DNA of 49,188 bases from positions 1 through 49,188 of IMG/VR virus record IMGVR_UViG_3300043478_000058; one strand, 5' to 3'. Positions 1 through 9,525 of this stretch are shown piece by piece (within the stretch, counting starts at the first letter, position 1; every line of letters starts with the position of its first letter). The DNA is from a virus (taxonomy: Duplodnaviria > Caudoviricetes). The notes under the pieces are model-generated. The model was not told the origin of the DNA. It worked only from the letters and a program-made list of their open reading frames with translations, and did no database searches. Made by a program: the position numbers and the translations under genes.

Positions 1-2
1 CC

Positions 3-1214
3 GTCGGGCCGGACAACTCAATCGTGATGGCCGGTTACTTCTCCGGGAGCGTGAACTTTGGAGGCGTCAAATTCACGAGCGCGGGCGCTTCCGACATCTT
101 CGTCGCGAAGTACACGGCCGCTGGCCAGCACGTTTGGTCGAAGCGATTCGGAGCGACGGTAAGCGATCAAGCGGATGCGCTGGCCGTGGATGCCAGCACG
201 GGCGACGTGGTAATCACCGGTGAATTCATGTCCACCGTGGAGTTCGGCGGGACTTCGCTGACGGCTGTCGGTGCAAGTGTTGACATCTTCCTGGTGAGAT
301 TGTCGTCGGCAAATGGAGCGGTTCAGTGGGCAAAACGCTTCGGCAACAGCACCGGGGATTTTGGAAAGGGCCTGGCAATCGACAACGCAGGCGCAATCAC
401 GCTGACCGGATATTTCGAGGGAACGCTGAATGTAGGCGGAAGTGATTTGGTGAGTGCTGGATTGTCGGACGTGCTGCTCGCAAAGTTTACCGGCACTGGT
501 GGGCACGTATGGTCGAAAAGGTTCGGTGGCCCGCAGACTGACAAAAGCGTTGGAGTCGCTCTCGATGGATCGGGCAATGCGATTGTGGCGGGTGAGATGG
601 CTGGAACGGTGGATTTCGGGGGAGGGCCGCTGACTTCAGCAGGAGCTTCGGACATCTTTGTCGCGAAGTACAACGCTGCCGGGGTTCACGTGTTCGCACG
701 GCTCTATGGGGGAGCGAATTCACAGCGGCCTGTGAGTCTGGTCGCGAACGCCAGCGGGCAGATTGCGCTGGCTGGAAACTTCGTTGGCTCAGTGGATTTC
801 GGGACCGGCATCATGGTCAACACCGGAGAGCAGGACATCTTCATCGCGAAACTGGCAGCCGATGGAGATGGCTTGTGGTCCCGAAGCATCGGCTTTCCTG
901 ACGACACGATTCCCACATTCTCAGGCTGGGATGTTGCGCTCGATAACGATGGCAACGTGCTTTTGGCCAGCACAGTGATTACGGGCCTCAATGGGCAGGA
1001 AGGTTCGATCAGGAAATTCGCTTCAGCATCCGGGTTGAATCTGTGGGAGAAGCCGGTCACTGGAGTCGGACCCGATGGAGCCAACGCACTGGCAACGGAC
1101 GCACAAGGCAACACCATCGTGGCTGGTTACTTTTACGACACCGTGAATTTCGGTTGCGGCCCACACTCGGCTACTGGATTTACGGATGCCTTTTTGTTGA
1201 AGCTGACTCCGTAA
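3..1214 (+). CDS. Beta-propeller (SBBP-like) repeat surface protein, 5' truncated by the window edge
   Basis: The frame is open from base 3 (VGPDNSIVMAGYFSG). It has about 7 repeats of the type GYFSGSVNFGG..TSAGASDIFVAKY.AAG.HVWSKRFG and looks more GC-rich than the rest of the genome. Confidence 0.8.
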   Translation, partial: VGPDNSIVMAGYFSGSVNFGGVKFTSAGASDIFVAKYTAAGQHVWSKRFGATVSDQADALAVDASTGDVVITGEFMSTVEFGGTSLTAVGASVDIFLVRLSSANGAVQWAKRFGNSTGDFGKGLAIDNAGAITLTGYFEGTLNVGGSDLVSAGLSDVLLAKFTGTGGHVWSKRFGGPQTDKSVGVALDGSGNAIVAGEMAGTVDFGGGPLTSAGASDIFVAKYNAAGVHVFARLYGGANSQRPVSLVANASGQIALAGNFVGSVDFGTGIMVNTGEQDIFIAKLAADGDGLWSRSIGFPDDTIPTFSGWDVALDNDGNVLLASTVITGLNGQEGSIRKFASASGLNLWEKPVTGVGPDGANALATDAQGNTIVAGYFYDTVNFGCGPHSATGFTDAFLLKLTP

Positions 1215-1219
1215 ACAAA

Positions 1220-3145
1220 ATGAACGACACTGTTTCAACCGACTTGGCCAACGAAAGGCCAAGTAAGTTCCATGAGCAAATGCTACAAGATAGCAAGGCG
1301 CTTGTGAAACGATCCCGTGATGTCATGTGCAAGCACTATGGCAAGTGGGATTTGGCTGATCAAGTGTTTCGTGCTCTTAGACCGCGCGATGGCGAGGACT
1401 TGAAAGCTCGTGAGCGCAAGGAGCCAGAAAAGATGGTGGTCCCGATCTCTTACAGCCAGATTCAGACTTTCGTGGCGTTCTGCTATTCGCTTTTTACGCA
1501 GCGAGAAAAGATGTTTGAGGTCGTTGGTTTCGAGGCTTCGGATCACAAGCCTGCGAAAGTCGGAGAGGCACTTTTGTCGCGAGACCTTCGACATAATAAA
1601 TTCGAGGCGTTATTGCAGTTGTTCCTACTCGACATTGCGCGTTTTGGGCTTGGGGTTTTTAAGGTCTGTTGGACTACAGAGAAGCAAATGGTGCGGGAGT
1701 CGTTTACAACGCCACCTATGTCGGTTTTCGGAGTCAAACTAACGAATGGTCGGAAGGTCGAACAAGAGGTTGAGAAGACGAAGTATCAGGGTAATAAGAT
1801 TATTCATGTTTCTCCTTATCGTTTCTTCCCCGATCCGCGCTTACCAATCATACGCTTTCAAGAAGGCGAGTTTTGTGCGTCAGAGGATCTTTATGCGATG
1901 TCGACTCTAAAACAATGGGAGTCAGAGGGTAAAATCGCTGGGACTAAGTTCATAAAGTCCTTTGACCGTGCGGAGTATGAAAAACATGGTGGGTATCGTT
2001 TTGACTACGATAGCGAAAATATTGGTGCGATGGCACCTGGTGCAACTGCCTCTGGCCAGATTAAGAAAACTGTGTTATTGACAGAAATCCAGCGTGTCAT
2101 AATCCCTGCCGAGTACGAAGTCGATGGTAAACCTCTTGGTACTGAAAAGCGACCGATGAAGTACCTTGTATGGCTCGCTAACATGCAACGAGTGATCAAG
2201 TGCGAGCCTTTGGGTTATGTTCACGATGACTTCACCTACTGCTGCGCGCCTTTTATCTTTGACGATCACGTTTACCTTGGTGATAGCCTCGCGGACAGCA
2301 TATCAGTGTTGCAAGATGTCATAACCTGGTTCATCAATTCTCGCATCACGAATGTTCGCAAGGTTATCCAAGACAAACTGGTTGTCAACACCAAGAACAT
2401 CAACATGCAGGATTTGGAAGACCGTGCGCCAATTATTCGCACTACTGGTAGTGCGCCTGCTGATCTCAGCCGATCCATCATGCAGCTATCGTTGCAGGAT
2501 GTTACGTCAAACCACATTGGCGATGCGAAGTTTCTTCATGAAATCGTTCAGATTGTTACTGGCATTAACGACGCGCTTCTCGGGCAATTTCAGCCTGGTC
2601 GTCGTCCCGCTGCTGAGCATCGCAATACTAGTAGTGGCTCTGCTTCACGGCTTAAAACCATTGCCGCTGTTATTTATTGGGTTGCCTTGGAACCGTTAGC
2701 GCGGCAAATGATCTCGAATCTACGGGATGGTTTGGAGGATGAAACCTTTGTCCGTCTTGTTGGTTTGAAGGACGCTGTTGAGGGTCAAGAATTCGTATCT
2801 GTGACGAAGGAAGACCTTGTTGGTAACTACGATTTCGAGATTTTTGATGGCACTCTACCGTCAGAGCGTTTTTACACTGCACAAGCGTTGGAAGAAATCC
2901 TAAACGGTCTTTTGAAGAACCCAGAATCCACGATAGCATTCGGTCTCGATCCTAGAAAGATTCTGTACGAGATTATGGAGCTTCGTGGTATTCGTAATCC
3001 AGAAAGGTTTGAACTTGACAGAACAATCGCTTACCCTAACGCAGCGTCTCAGGGGGCTGCAAACACTAATGGAGAACCCATTCCTGCGAGAGGTGCTGGT
3101 AACCCTGCGGTTGGAGCAACAAACGGCGATGCAGGAGGCTATTGA
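1220..3145 (+). CDS. Portal protein (P22/podovirus-like)
   Basis: The ATG at 1220 follows an A-rich leader. The 641-aa protein has DIARFGLGVFKVCW, VSPYRFFPDP and IVTGINDALLGQ motifs and lies directly upstream of scaffold and capsid. Confidence 0.85.
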   Translation: MNDTVSTDLANERPSKFHEQMLQDSKALVKRSRDVMCKHYGKWDLADQVFRALRPRDGEDLKARERKEPEKMVVPISYSQIQTFVAFCYSLFTQREKMFEVVGFEASDHKPAKVGEALLSRDLRHNKFEALLQLFLLDIARFGLGVFKVCWTTEKQMVRESFTTPPMSVFGVKLTNGRKVEQEVEKTKYQGNKIIHVSPYRFFPDPRLPIIRFQEGEFCASEDLYAMSTLKQWESEGKIAGTKFIKSFDRAEYEKHGGYRFDYDSENIGAMAPGATASGQIKKTVLLTEIQRVIIPAEYEVDGKPLGTEKRPMKYLVWLANMQRVIKCEPLGYVHDDFTYCCAPFIFDDHVYLGDSLADSISVLQDVITWFINSRITNVRKVIQDKLVVNTKNINMQDLEDRAPIIRTTGSAPADLSRSIMQLSLQDVTSNHIGDAKFLHEIVQIVTGINDALLGQFQPGRRPAAEHRNTSSGSASRLKTIAAVIYWVALEPLARQMISNLRDGLEDETFVRLVGLKDAVEGQEFVSVTKEDLVGNYDFEIFDGTLPSERFYTAQALEEILNGLLKNPESTIAFGLDPRKILYEIMELRGIRNPERFELDRTIAYPNAASQGAANTNGEPIPARGAGNPAVGATNGDAGGY

Positions 3146-3296
3146 TGGCAACGTTAGCAACAATAACGAACACTTTCGCCAAGTTGGCTTGTTCAAAGGT
3201 CTTGGACGAGTTGAAGACTTGGTGGTCGAGATGATAAACGAAACACAGGAAAAAATAAAACAGGAGCAATCACATGAGCGAACAAGCATTGAATGA
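3069..3296 (+). CDS. Small helical protein between portal and scaffold
   Basis: The 75-aa ORF reads MENPFLREVLVTL...FRQVGLFKGLGRVEDL. A small gene at this position is common in podoviruses. It overlaps the low-complexity portal tail. Confidence 0.6.
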   Translation: MENPFLREVLVTLRLEQQTAMQEAIDGNVSNNNEHFRQVGLFKGLGRVEDLVVEMINETQEKIKQEQSHERTSIE

Positions 3297-4068
3297 AGAT
3301 GATTTGAGACCGGATGGTCTTCCAAACGCGGTTGATGGCGATAGGGATGTTAGAGTTGAGGATAACAAGGGTGGTGATGTAAAAGGGGTTGAGGCTGACG
3401 ACAAGACCGAAGACAAGCCCTTAACCGAGGACCGTCTAACAGCGGTTCTGGAGAATCTTGTCGCCAAGCGTGAGGAGGGTGAGAAACCTAAGGAGTACAC
3501 TCAAGATGAAATCGACCAGCTTTTGCAGGTTTACAAACCAAGTGATAAGCTAGTAACCGACCTTCGTGCCGAGGATCCCAAAGTCGCCATTGCTGCTATC
3601 AAAGAACTTGTTGGTGGGGTCATCAAACAGGCTAACACGATGGCCGACCTTCGTATTCAGCAAATCGTCGCTGACCTTCGGGAAAAAGAGATGGCGCCAT
3701 TGCAACGCTACTACCAAGAAGAAGCCGCACGGCGCGAGGAAGAGAAGTTCTACTCTAAAAACGATGACCTTAAGCCATATGAACTTGTCGTCAACGCCGT
3801 GACGGCTAAAATGGAACAATCAGGTAAAAAGTTCGATTCCAAAGAAAAGGCTTTTGATGAAATCGCGCGACTATCGCGCGAGGCAATCAAATCAATGGGG
3901 ATCACTCCAAAGGGTGCGACTGGCAAGTTAGCCAGTCGAACTTCATCCCAAGGTGGTTCTCGGATGTCTACTCTGTCTAGTGGCAGCGGTGGACGGGTTG
4001 CAGGCGGAGGAGACGATAATGGTAAAAAACGTAATCCCGTTATGGCAATCTTCGACGACAGCGAATAG
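3274..4068 (+). CDS. Capsid scaffolding protein
   Basis: Acidic disordered N-terminus, helical charged middle and Gly/Ser-rich C-terminus; immediately upstream of the major capsid gene. Confidence 0.7.
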   Translation: MSEQALNEDDLRPDGLPNAVDGDRDVRVEDNKGGDVKGVEADDKTEDKPLTEDRLTAVLENLVAKREEGEKPKEYTQDEIDQLLQVYKPSDKLVTDLRAEDPKVAIAAIKELVGGVIKQANTMADLRIQQIVADLREKEMAPLQRYYQEEAARREEEKFYSKNDDLKPYELVVNAVTAKMEQSGKKFDSKEKAFDEIARLSREAIKSMGITPKGATGKLASRTSSQGGSRMSTLSSGSGGRVAGGGDDNGKKRNPVMAIFDDSE

Positions 4069-4089
4069 CAAATTGAAAGGACAAAGAAA

Positions 4090-5502
4090 ATGGCAATTCT
4101 AGGTCTGGTCTCCACTGAGTCAATGTCACAGCCGACATACTGGGAGGCCAATTTTAGACGGAAGGTGTTTCATCAATATCCGAACGGGGCGCTGAGTATC
4201 ATCGGCCTCTTGTCGTTGATGAAAACAGAAACAGTTCCAACGCCGGAGTTTACCTGGTGGGAGGAAAGGTTCAGACGACAGTATACGAAAACAGCATCAC
4301 AGGGTTCGTCAAAAGGCCCTTTCAGGCTTGACGCGGACGCTGTTGATGGGCTTGATCCGTTTCTGCCAGTGGTAAATACAAACTTCACGCTCTATGTGGC
4401 TGATAACACAATGTTCCGAGTGGGGCACGTGGTGATGCTAACAGGGTTGAAGGTCGGTAGTGCAGCGGTGGAAATCATGCGTGCAGTGGTAACATCGTTG
4501 GTATCGACGACAAAAATCCACATGCGCGCAATCAGCCTGCCCGCGAGCATATCAACGGGGTTTGACAATGGCGCGACTGATGAGAACGTTGGTATTGGTG
4601 TTCTCGCTATTGGAACATCGTTCGCACAAGGAGTTGTCAACCTCACTGGTGAAGTGTTCTACCTTCCCGACTCCTTTGGGAACAACACTCAGATATTTCG
4701 TACTCCGTTCTCCTTCACTCGCAATGCGATGAAGACTCCAACGAAGTTCGACGAATCCGGAGTGTATCGTGAAAAAGCGAAGCAACACTCGTTGTATCAC
4801 ATGGTTGAAATGGAGCGCGCAGTACTATGGGGCGAGAAGGCGAAGTATACGGCGTCTGGCACAACCGACCCTACAACCGGCGCGGGTTTGCCAGAATACA
4901 AAACTGGTGGTATTGTTGGTTGGTTCTTGCCTCAATGGGAGGTTGTTAATTCGACGTACCGTGGTGGCACTGGTGCAGCGGCTCTGACGGCTGATTCCGA
5001 CGATGATAAACGTATTATCGTCAACTCTGTTGGCACGATGAATGAAGCGACGTATGACGACTACCTGGAGCGCGTGTTCAGGAAGACGAACAACGTTACG
5101 AACGAGAGGCTAGCGGTTTGTGGAAATGGTCTGCTGAAGACCGTTAATCAAATGTATCGCAAGCTTGGCACACTGCCACTTGAGGTGCCAACACAAGAAG
5201 CCTTTGGGATGAGGATTGTACGCCATGACTCGCCGTTTGGGAGCATTTACTACAAAAGCCATCCGTTGTTCAACGAGGACAAGACTGGTGTCGCGACAGA
5301 GCTTTATCGCGCGGGATTGTTCCTCGATGTGCACAACCTCAAATACCGGGCAGTGAGTGACAGCGACACCTTCCTTCGTCGTGGCATCCAAACTCCTTCA
5401 ATGGACGGACGCACCGACGAATGGCTCTCGGATGCCGGTTTGCAACTCATGTTCCCAGAAGCTTTCATGTTCCTTCAGAACGTGAACTCATACGTTCCAT
5501 AA
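4090..5502 (+). CDS. Major capsid protein (SU10/DUF5309-like, HK97 fold)
   Basis: Motifs PEFTWWEE, NNTQIFRTPFSFT, HMVEMERAVLWGEK, TGGIVGW, FGMRIVRHDSPFG..YYKSHPLF and DEWLSDAGL. Confidence 0.85.
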   Translation: MAILGLVSTESMSQPTYWEANFRRKVFHQYPNGALSIIGLLSLMKTETVPTPEFTWWEERFRRQYTKTASQGSSKGPFRLDADAVDGLDPFLPVVNTNFTLYVADNTMFRVGHVVMLTGLKVGSAAVEIMRAVVTSLVSTTKIHMRAISLPASISTGFDNGATDENVGIGVLAIGTSFAQGVVNLTGEVFYLPDSFGNNTQIFRTPFSFTRNAMKTPTKFDESGVYREKAKQHSLYHMVEMERAVLWGEKAKYTASGTTDPTTGAGLPEYKTGGIVGWFLPQWEVVNSTYRGGTGAAALTADSDDDKRIIVNSVGTMNEATYDDYLERVFRKTNNVTNERLAVCGNGLLKTVNQMYRKLGTLPLEVPTQEAFGMRIVRHDSPFGSIYYKSHPLFNEDKTGVATELYRAGLFLDVHNLKYRAVSDSDTFLRRGIQTPSMDGRTDEWLSDAGLQLMFPEAFMFLQNVNSYVP

Positions 5503-5506
5503 CACT

Positions 5507-5851
5507 ATGGCAAACTTACTAGCTTCCAACGTAACCGTTCTCGACTCTTGGACTACAGGTGATACGAGTAGCAAGCGTAATGTGGTTAAGCGGGTTAAGT
5601 GGACAGGTACAACTGCTGGCGGCACAACAAATTTGTTGGTCGCCACAGCCTTTGGCCTTACTAAGATTCTTCGTTGTAGCAACATCCTGTTGGATGCTAC
5701 GACGAAGCAAGTCTACCCTGCTGTACCGAATGCAGCTGGTTCGGCGATCTTCGCGTCGAACCCAGCTAACGCTACCGATGCCACTAGGGCTGACCCCGCT
5801 GACATCGCGACATCAACCGACAGCGCATATTGCACAATCGAGGGCGTCTAA
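5507..5851 (+). CDS. Putative capsid decoration/cement protein
   Basis: 114-aa Ala/Thr-rich beta-type protein directly after the capsid gene. Confidence 0.55.
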   Translation: MANLLASNVTVLDSWTTGDTSSKRNVVKRVKWTGTTAGGTTNLLVATAFGLTKILRCSNILLDATTKQVYPAVPNAAGSAIFASNPANATDATRADPADIATSTDSAYCTIEGV

Positions 5852-5874
5852 CACCCTCACAACCAAAAGGAAAC

Positions 5875-6066
5875 ATGGAAAAAATGACGAATACGACGAA
5901 CGTTCGTGAGATGGAACCACCACCTCCAGGACCAGTCAACTACGATCAGGCGGTTCAGAAAACCGCCAGCCTTCCAGCGGTAGCACCGGGAGAGAATGAT
6001 GTGGGGTCGTTCAAGACCGGAGCGCAGCCCAAGGATGACCTTGGTGGTCTTGCTAAGTTCAAGTAA
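5875..6066 (+). CDS. Small hypothetical protein
   Basis: The ATG is preceded by AAAGGAAAC, and the ORF ends just before a terminator. Confidence 0.5.
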   Translation: MEKMTNTTNVREMEPPPPGPVNYDQAVQKTASLPAVAPGENDVGSFKTGAQPKDDLGGLAKFK

Positions 6067-6077
6067 AGGAGCGTCGG

Positions 6078-6112
6078 GGGAGTGGGTGACAAGTCCACCC
6101 ACTCCCTTTTTT
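6078..6112 (+). terminator. Rho-independent terminator after the capsid operon
   Basis: GGGAGTGGGTG-acaagtc-CACCCACTCCC (11-bp perfect stem) followed by T6. Confidence 0.85.
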
Positions 6113-6114
6113 CT

Positions 6115-7080
6115 ATGCCACTGACCGCGAATGATTTGATTAACTCCGTAGCGTCGTTCATGCAACGACGACCGGATAACTTTATTCGTAACGGGACGGA
6201 CTCGCTCCTGCGCGCGTGTAATAACGCGCGTTTGTTTGCGGAGCGCCAGATTGACTTTGAGCTTTCGCGGGTTAGCGCAACGGTGCCAGCAGTGGACTTG
6301 AACAACGGTGGAAGCCTTGACGATGCTGTCTTGTTCGGCACCATAACCCCAGTTAACGTCAAGAAGATCAAACGCCCCTTTATACAGTTCGGTAACAACA
6401 GCAACGCTGTTCCTGTTGGATTCTACTCTCGTGATTCATGGCTGAAAAGGCTAAAGCGTTTGTGGGAATCAGTCTTACCGGCGAATACAAGCTCTGTTAC
6501 CGTTCAAAGCCTTCAACAGTTTTGGACAAGAGATTTTGTAGCGACACTGCAACCCTATTCTGTTATTCAGATGGGTCGAACGGTGTACGTCGCTCCTGCC
6601 GATTTGCAAGGTTTGGGTCAGACCTTTCCACTACACATGGACGTGTTGAAGATGCTGCCGAATTATGGTTCGACTGGGTTAACAGGCAACGCTTTCGACG
6701 CTATTGATAATAAGTTACACGATACAAGTGCATCGTTCATCACGGCTGGTGTTAGGATAGGAATGGTTGTTAGTAATACAACACAAGGCACTTATGCTAT
6801 TGTCGCTGCGATTGAAGACCAGACTACCCTTGTTCTTAACGGCAATATTTTTGATGCTGGTGAAGGGTATTCTATTAACGTAACAAACGAAAACGACTTC
6901 CTTCTTGATAACTGCTTCGACTGGCTCATGTATCGCGCGATATGGGAGCTTAACTTCTTTTTGAAAGAGGATGAGCGTGTTAGCCTCGACCGTGATCTGA
7001 TTAACGAATCATGGGAAGCGGTGAAATCGTGGAACGAGAATCTCATAAACCTCGCCACTGATAACAGCGATTTATCATAG
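6115..7080 (+). CDS. Head-tail adaptor / tail tubular protein A-like
   Basis: Assigned from position after the capsid operon, a helical N-terminus (LLRACNNARLFAER) and the C-terminal DFLLDNCFDWLMYRAIWELNFFLKEDER. It contains an inserted beta module (LHDTSASFITAGVRIGMVVSNTT). Confidence 0.6.
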   Translation: MPLTANDLINSVASFMQRRPDNFIRNGTDSLLRACNNARLFAERQIDFELSRVSATVPAVDLNNGGSLDDAVLFGTITPVNVKKIKRPFIQFGNNSNAVPVGFYSRDSWLKRLKRLWESVLPANTSSVTVQSLQQFWTRDFVATLQPYSVIQMGRTVYVAPADLQGLGQTFPLHMDVLKMLPNYGSTGLTGNAFDAIDNKLHDTSASFITAGVRIGMVVSNTTQGTYAIVAAIEDQTTLVLNGNIFDAGEGYSINVTNENDFLLDNCFDWLMYRAIWELNFFLKEDERVSLDRDLINESWEAVKSWNENLINLATDNSDLS

Positions 7081-7081
7081 T

Positions 7082-8254
7082 ATGGCTTCTTACCCAAGAG
7101 TTACTCCACCAACGCTTGCGAACTTTTCGCCTGTTATTGACGATCCGCAAGATAGCGAAGACGCTAATAAAGTCGGGCAGGTTGATTTGCAAACACGGAG
7201 GTTTGTATCGGATTTTTTGGAAACAAAATTTGACTCTGCTGCGAGTGACGTGTTGAAACCAGCAGCACTGGCCGATGCAACGCTGGTCGGGAAGGTTAAG
7301 GGTTCGACGAGTAATAGCGGTACGCAACAAGGAATCGTGCAAGGCACGGTTTCGACTCCTGACCTTCGCGACGATGCCGTTAGCGCGAACAAGATTCTTG
7401 CGGCAGCGGTCACGACGGTCAAAATAGCAGACGGCAATGTTACAAACGCAAAGATCAATGACGGCGCGGTTACGACGGCGAAGATTACAGATGCCCAAGT
7501 TACGACCCTTAAGATGGCGGCGGACTCAGTGGACGCGACGGTTTTGAAAGATGACGCAACGGGTGCGGCAGGAGCGGTTACGACGGATCACATAAGAACG
7601 TTAGCCGTGACGCAGGCTAAGATTAACAACGCTGCTGTTGGGCCTAATCAGCTTTTCCTTGGTGGCGCGGCAGGACACATACTTGTCGCCGATGGTTCGT
7701 TGAAGTTCCAATCCGTGGCGATGTCTGGCGAGGCTACCATAAGCTCGGCAGGTGTTGTGGCGCTTGGACAGAGTGGCGTTTCTGTTGTGGAGGAAAAAGC
7801 GGCGAATGGAGTCAGTGGAGGAGGTTCGACCGCTACAACTTGGGTTACAAGAGGTGTTACCGTGCCGTGGGTTGTCAAGTTTCAGACCGTCGCGAGCATG
7901 GTTAATGTTGCGCTTGGTGGCGGCAAGATTAGCTTTGCGGCGGCGGGAGTGTATATTGTGCGGGCGCAAGCGAACGGGTATAAGGTTGGCAAGAACGTTA
8001 TACGTATCAACCGATTTAACTCGGGTAATGTCTCGCAAGAGACTTTCAATGGCACTGCACAACAATGCCCTGCGGCAGCAGCGATCACGACACAATCGTT
8101 TGTAGAAGCTCGGTTGGTGATAGCTTCGGGGGACTATATCACAATCGAGCATTGGTCAGAGTTAACGGAGGCCGTTGATGGCTTTGGGCTTGCAGTTGGA
8201 AGTGGTAGTGGTGATGAAATCCACGCAACGGTGGAGGTTAGAAAATCAGTCTAA
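7082..8254 (+). CDS. Tail fibre protein
   Basis: About 10-aa DGAVTTAKI-type repeats followed by a C-terminal beta-sandwich tip domain (AGVYIVRAQA...GDYITIEHWS). Confidence 0.7.
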   Translation: MASYPRVTPPTLANFSPVIDDPQDSEDANKVGQVDLQTRRFVSDFLETKFDSAASDVLKPAALADATLVGKVKGSTSNSGTQQGIVQGTVSTPDLRDDAVSANKILAAAVTTVKIADGNVTNAKINDGAVTTAKITDAQVTTLKMAADSVDATVLKDDATGAAGAVTTDHIRTLAVTQAKINNAAVGPNQLFLGGAAGHILVADGSLKFQSVAMSGEATISSAGVVALGQSGVSVVEEKAANGVSGGGSTATTWVTRGVTVPWVVKFQTVASMVNVALGGGKISFAAAGVYIVRAQANGYKVGKNVIRINRFNSGNVSQETFNGTAQQCPAAAAITTQSFVEARLVIASGDYITIEHWSELTEAVDGFGLAVGSGSGDEIHATVEVRKSV

Positions 8255-9525
8255 TGGCCACAACGCGTCAACCAGTTCTTTCTGACAACCTCCTTGGAGG
8301 GCTTGAAACATCCCTACCCGCGCACTTGTTGCAACCGGGTCAATGGCGCACGCTGCACAACATGCGCCATGATCCTGGGCTTGTGCAAGTTGAGAAAAAA
8401 CGTGTCTATGCGATGTTCGATACCACAACGGTTTTGTGGATTGGAAGCATTCCGAATCCTGTCGCTCAGGGATACGGCAAGGTTTTGTTCCTAACGACCA
8501 ATGGCCTTTATACCATCGTTGGCACACCGCTAAAAGAAAACCTCGTCACGGATTCTAATTACCGTCGCTGGTCCACCTTCCTCTATAATGGCTCGCTTTA
8601 CTACATTAATGAACTCAACCCTCTTCGTCGTAACGATGGATCAAGCGATGTCGTCCTCGCCAACGCTCCTAGTGGAAGGTACGCAACGATCTGGTACGAT
8701 CACGTTGTGGTTGGATTTCCCACTTATAAAAACAGCGTTTACCCGAATAGAGCAATGTGGTCGGACCTATACAACTTTGGGGTCTGGGAACCAGATGCCG
8801 CGAATGAGGCCGATCACTATGATTTCGTAGAATGGCAGAACACGGATTTTCCGTTTTGTGGCGTGACGGGGCTTGGTAAGCTTGGGAGCACGCTTTGGTT
8901 TTATACGCCAACGGCGTTGATTCCAATGGTGTATGTTGGAAAGCCGAAGGTGACGCAGGTCGTCGAGAGTAACATCATCACGGGGATAGGGAATACGTTT
9001 CCTTGGTCTCTTGCGGTGATGAATAATGTGCATTTTTTCTTTGACGGCATAAGGAAGTCGTTTTTTGCTTTTGATGGTGGCGCGCCGGAACCAATAGGTG
9101 AACCCGTGCGGCAGTACATGGTTGACAACCTCAATCTCGACCCCGGCCTTGCTAGTCGTATGTGGGCATCGGTTGACTACGAGCGCGGCGAGGTGATATG
9201 GCGTTTTGTATCGCGCGATAGCACTGGTCCGTTTGACAAGCTAGTGCGCTTTTCATTCTGGTACAAACGATGGTCAACAGGATCTGATGAAAACGTCCAT
9301 GCGTTTTGTGGACCGACGTTTAGGGTCAAGACTATTGGAGAGCTACCAGGTACGATCGGATCGCTTACAGGTTCGATTGGAATGCTCGGGACGGATGGTG
9401 CGGTGATACCAAGACTGTATGGCACGATAGGCGGAGACGGGACGGACATCGCCGTTGTGCCTGTTCTTGGCGAAGGCGGTGATGCGGTTGGTGAAGATGG
9501 TAGTGGCCTTGGTGAACCTCCATGA
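8254..9525 (+). CDS. Tail nozzle / stabilisation protein (P22 gp10-like beta-propeller), N-terminal part
   Basis: Motifs LLGGLETSLPAHLL...W..LHNMR, YPNRAMWSDL and GIGNTFPWSL...HFFF; it sits at the usual nozzle position and appears to lack the normal C-terminal domain. Confidence 0.65.
   Translation: MATTRQPVLSDNLLGGLETSLPAHLLQPGQWRTLHNMRHDPGLVQVEKKRVYAMFDTTTVLWIGSIPNPVAQGYGKVLFLTTNGLYTIVGTPLKENLVTDSNYRRWSTFLYNGSLYYINELNPLRRNDGSSDVVLANAPSGRYATIWYDHVVVGFPTYKNSVYPNRAMWSDLYNFGVWEPDAANEADHYDFVEWQNTDFPFCGVTGLGKLGSTLWFYTPTALIPMVYVGKPKVTQVVESNIITGIGNTFPWSLAVMNNVHFFFDGIRKSFFAFDGGAPEPIGEPVRQYMVDNLNLDPGLASRMWASVDYERGEVIWRFVSRDSTGPFDKLVRFSFWYKRWSTGSDENVHAFCGPTFRVKTIGELPGTIGSLTGSIGMLGTDGAVIPRLYGTIGGDGTDIAVVPVLGEGGDAVGEDGSGLGEPP

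Noticed and set aside
1043-1219. 59-aa N-terminal extension of the portal ORF given in the track
   Set aside because: It overlaps the beta-propeller gene in another frame; the ATG at 1220 directly after that gene's stop is the more plausible start.
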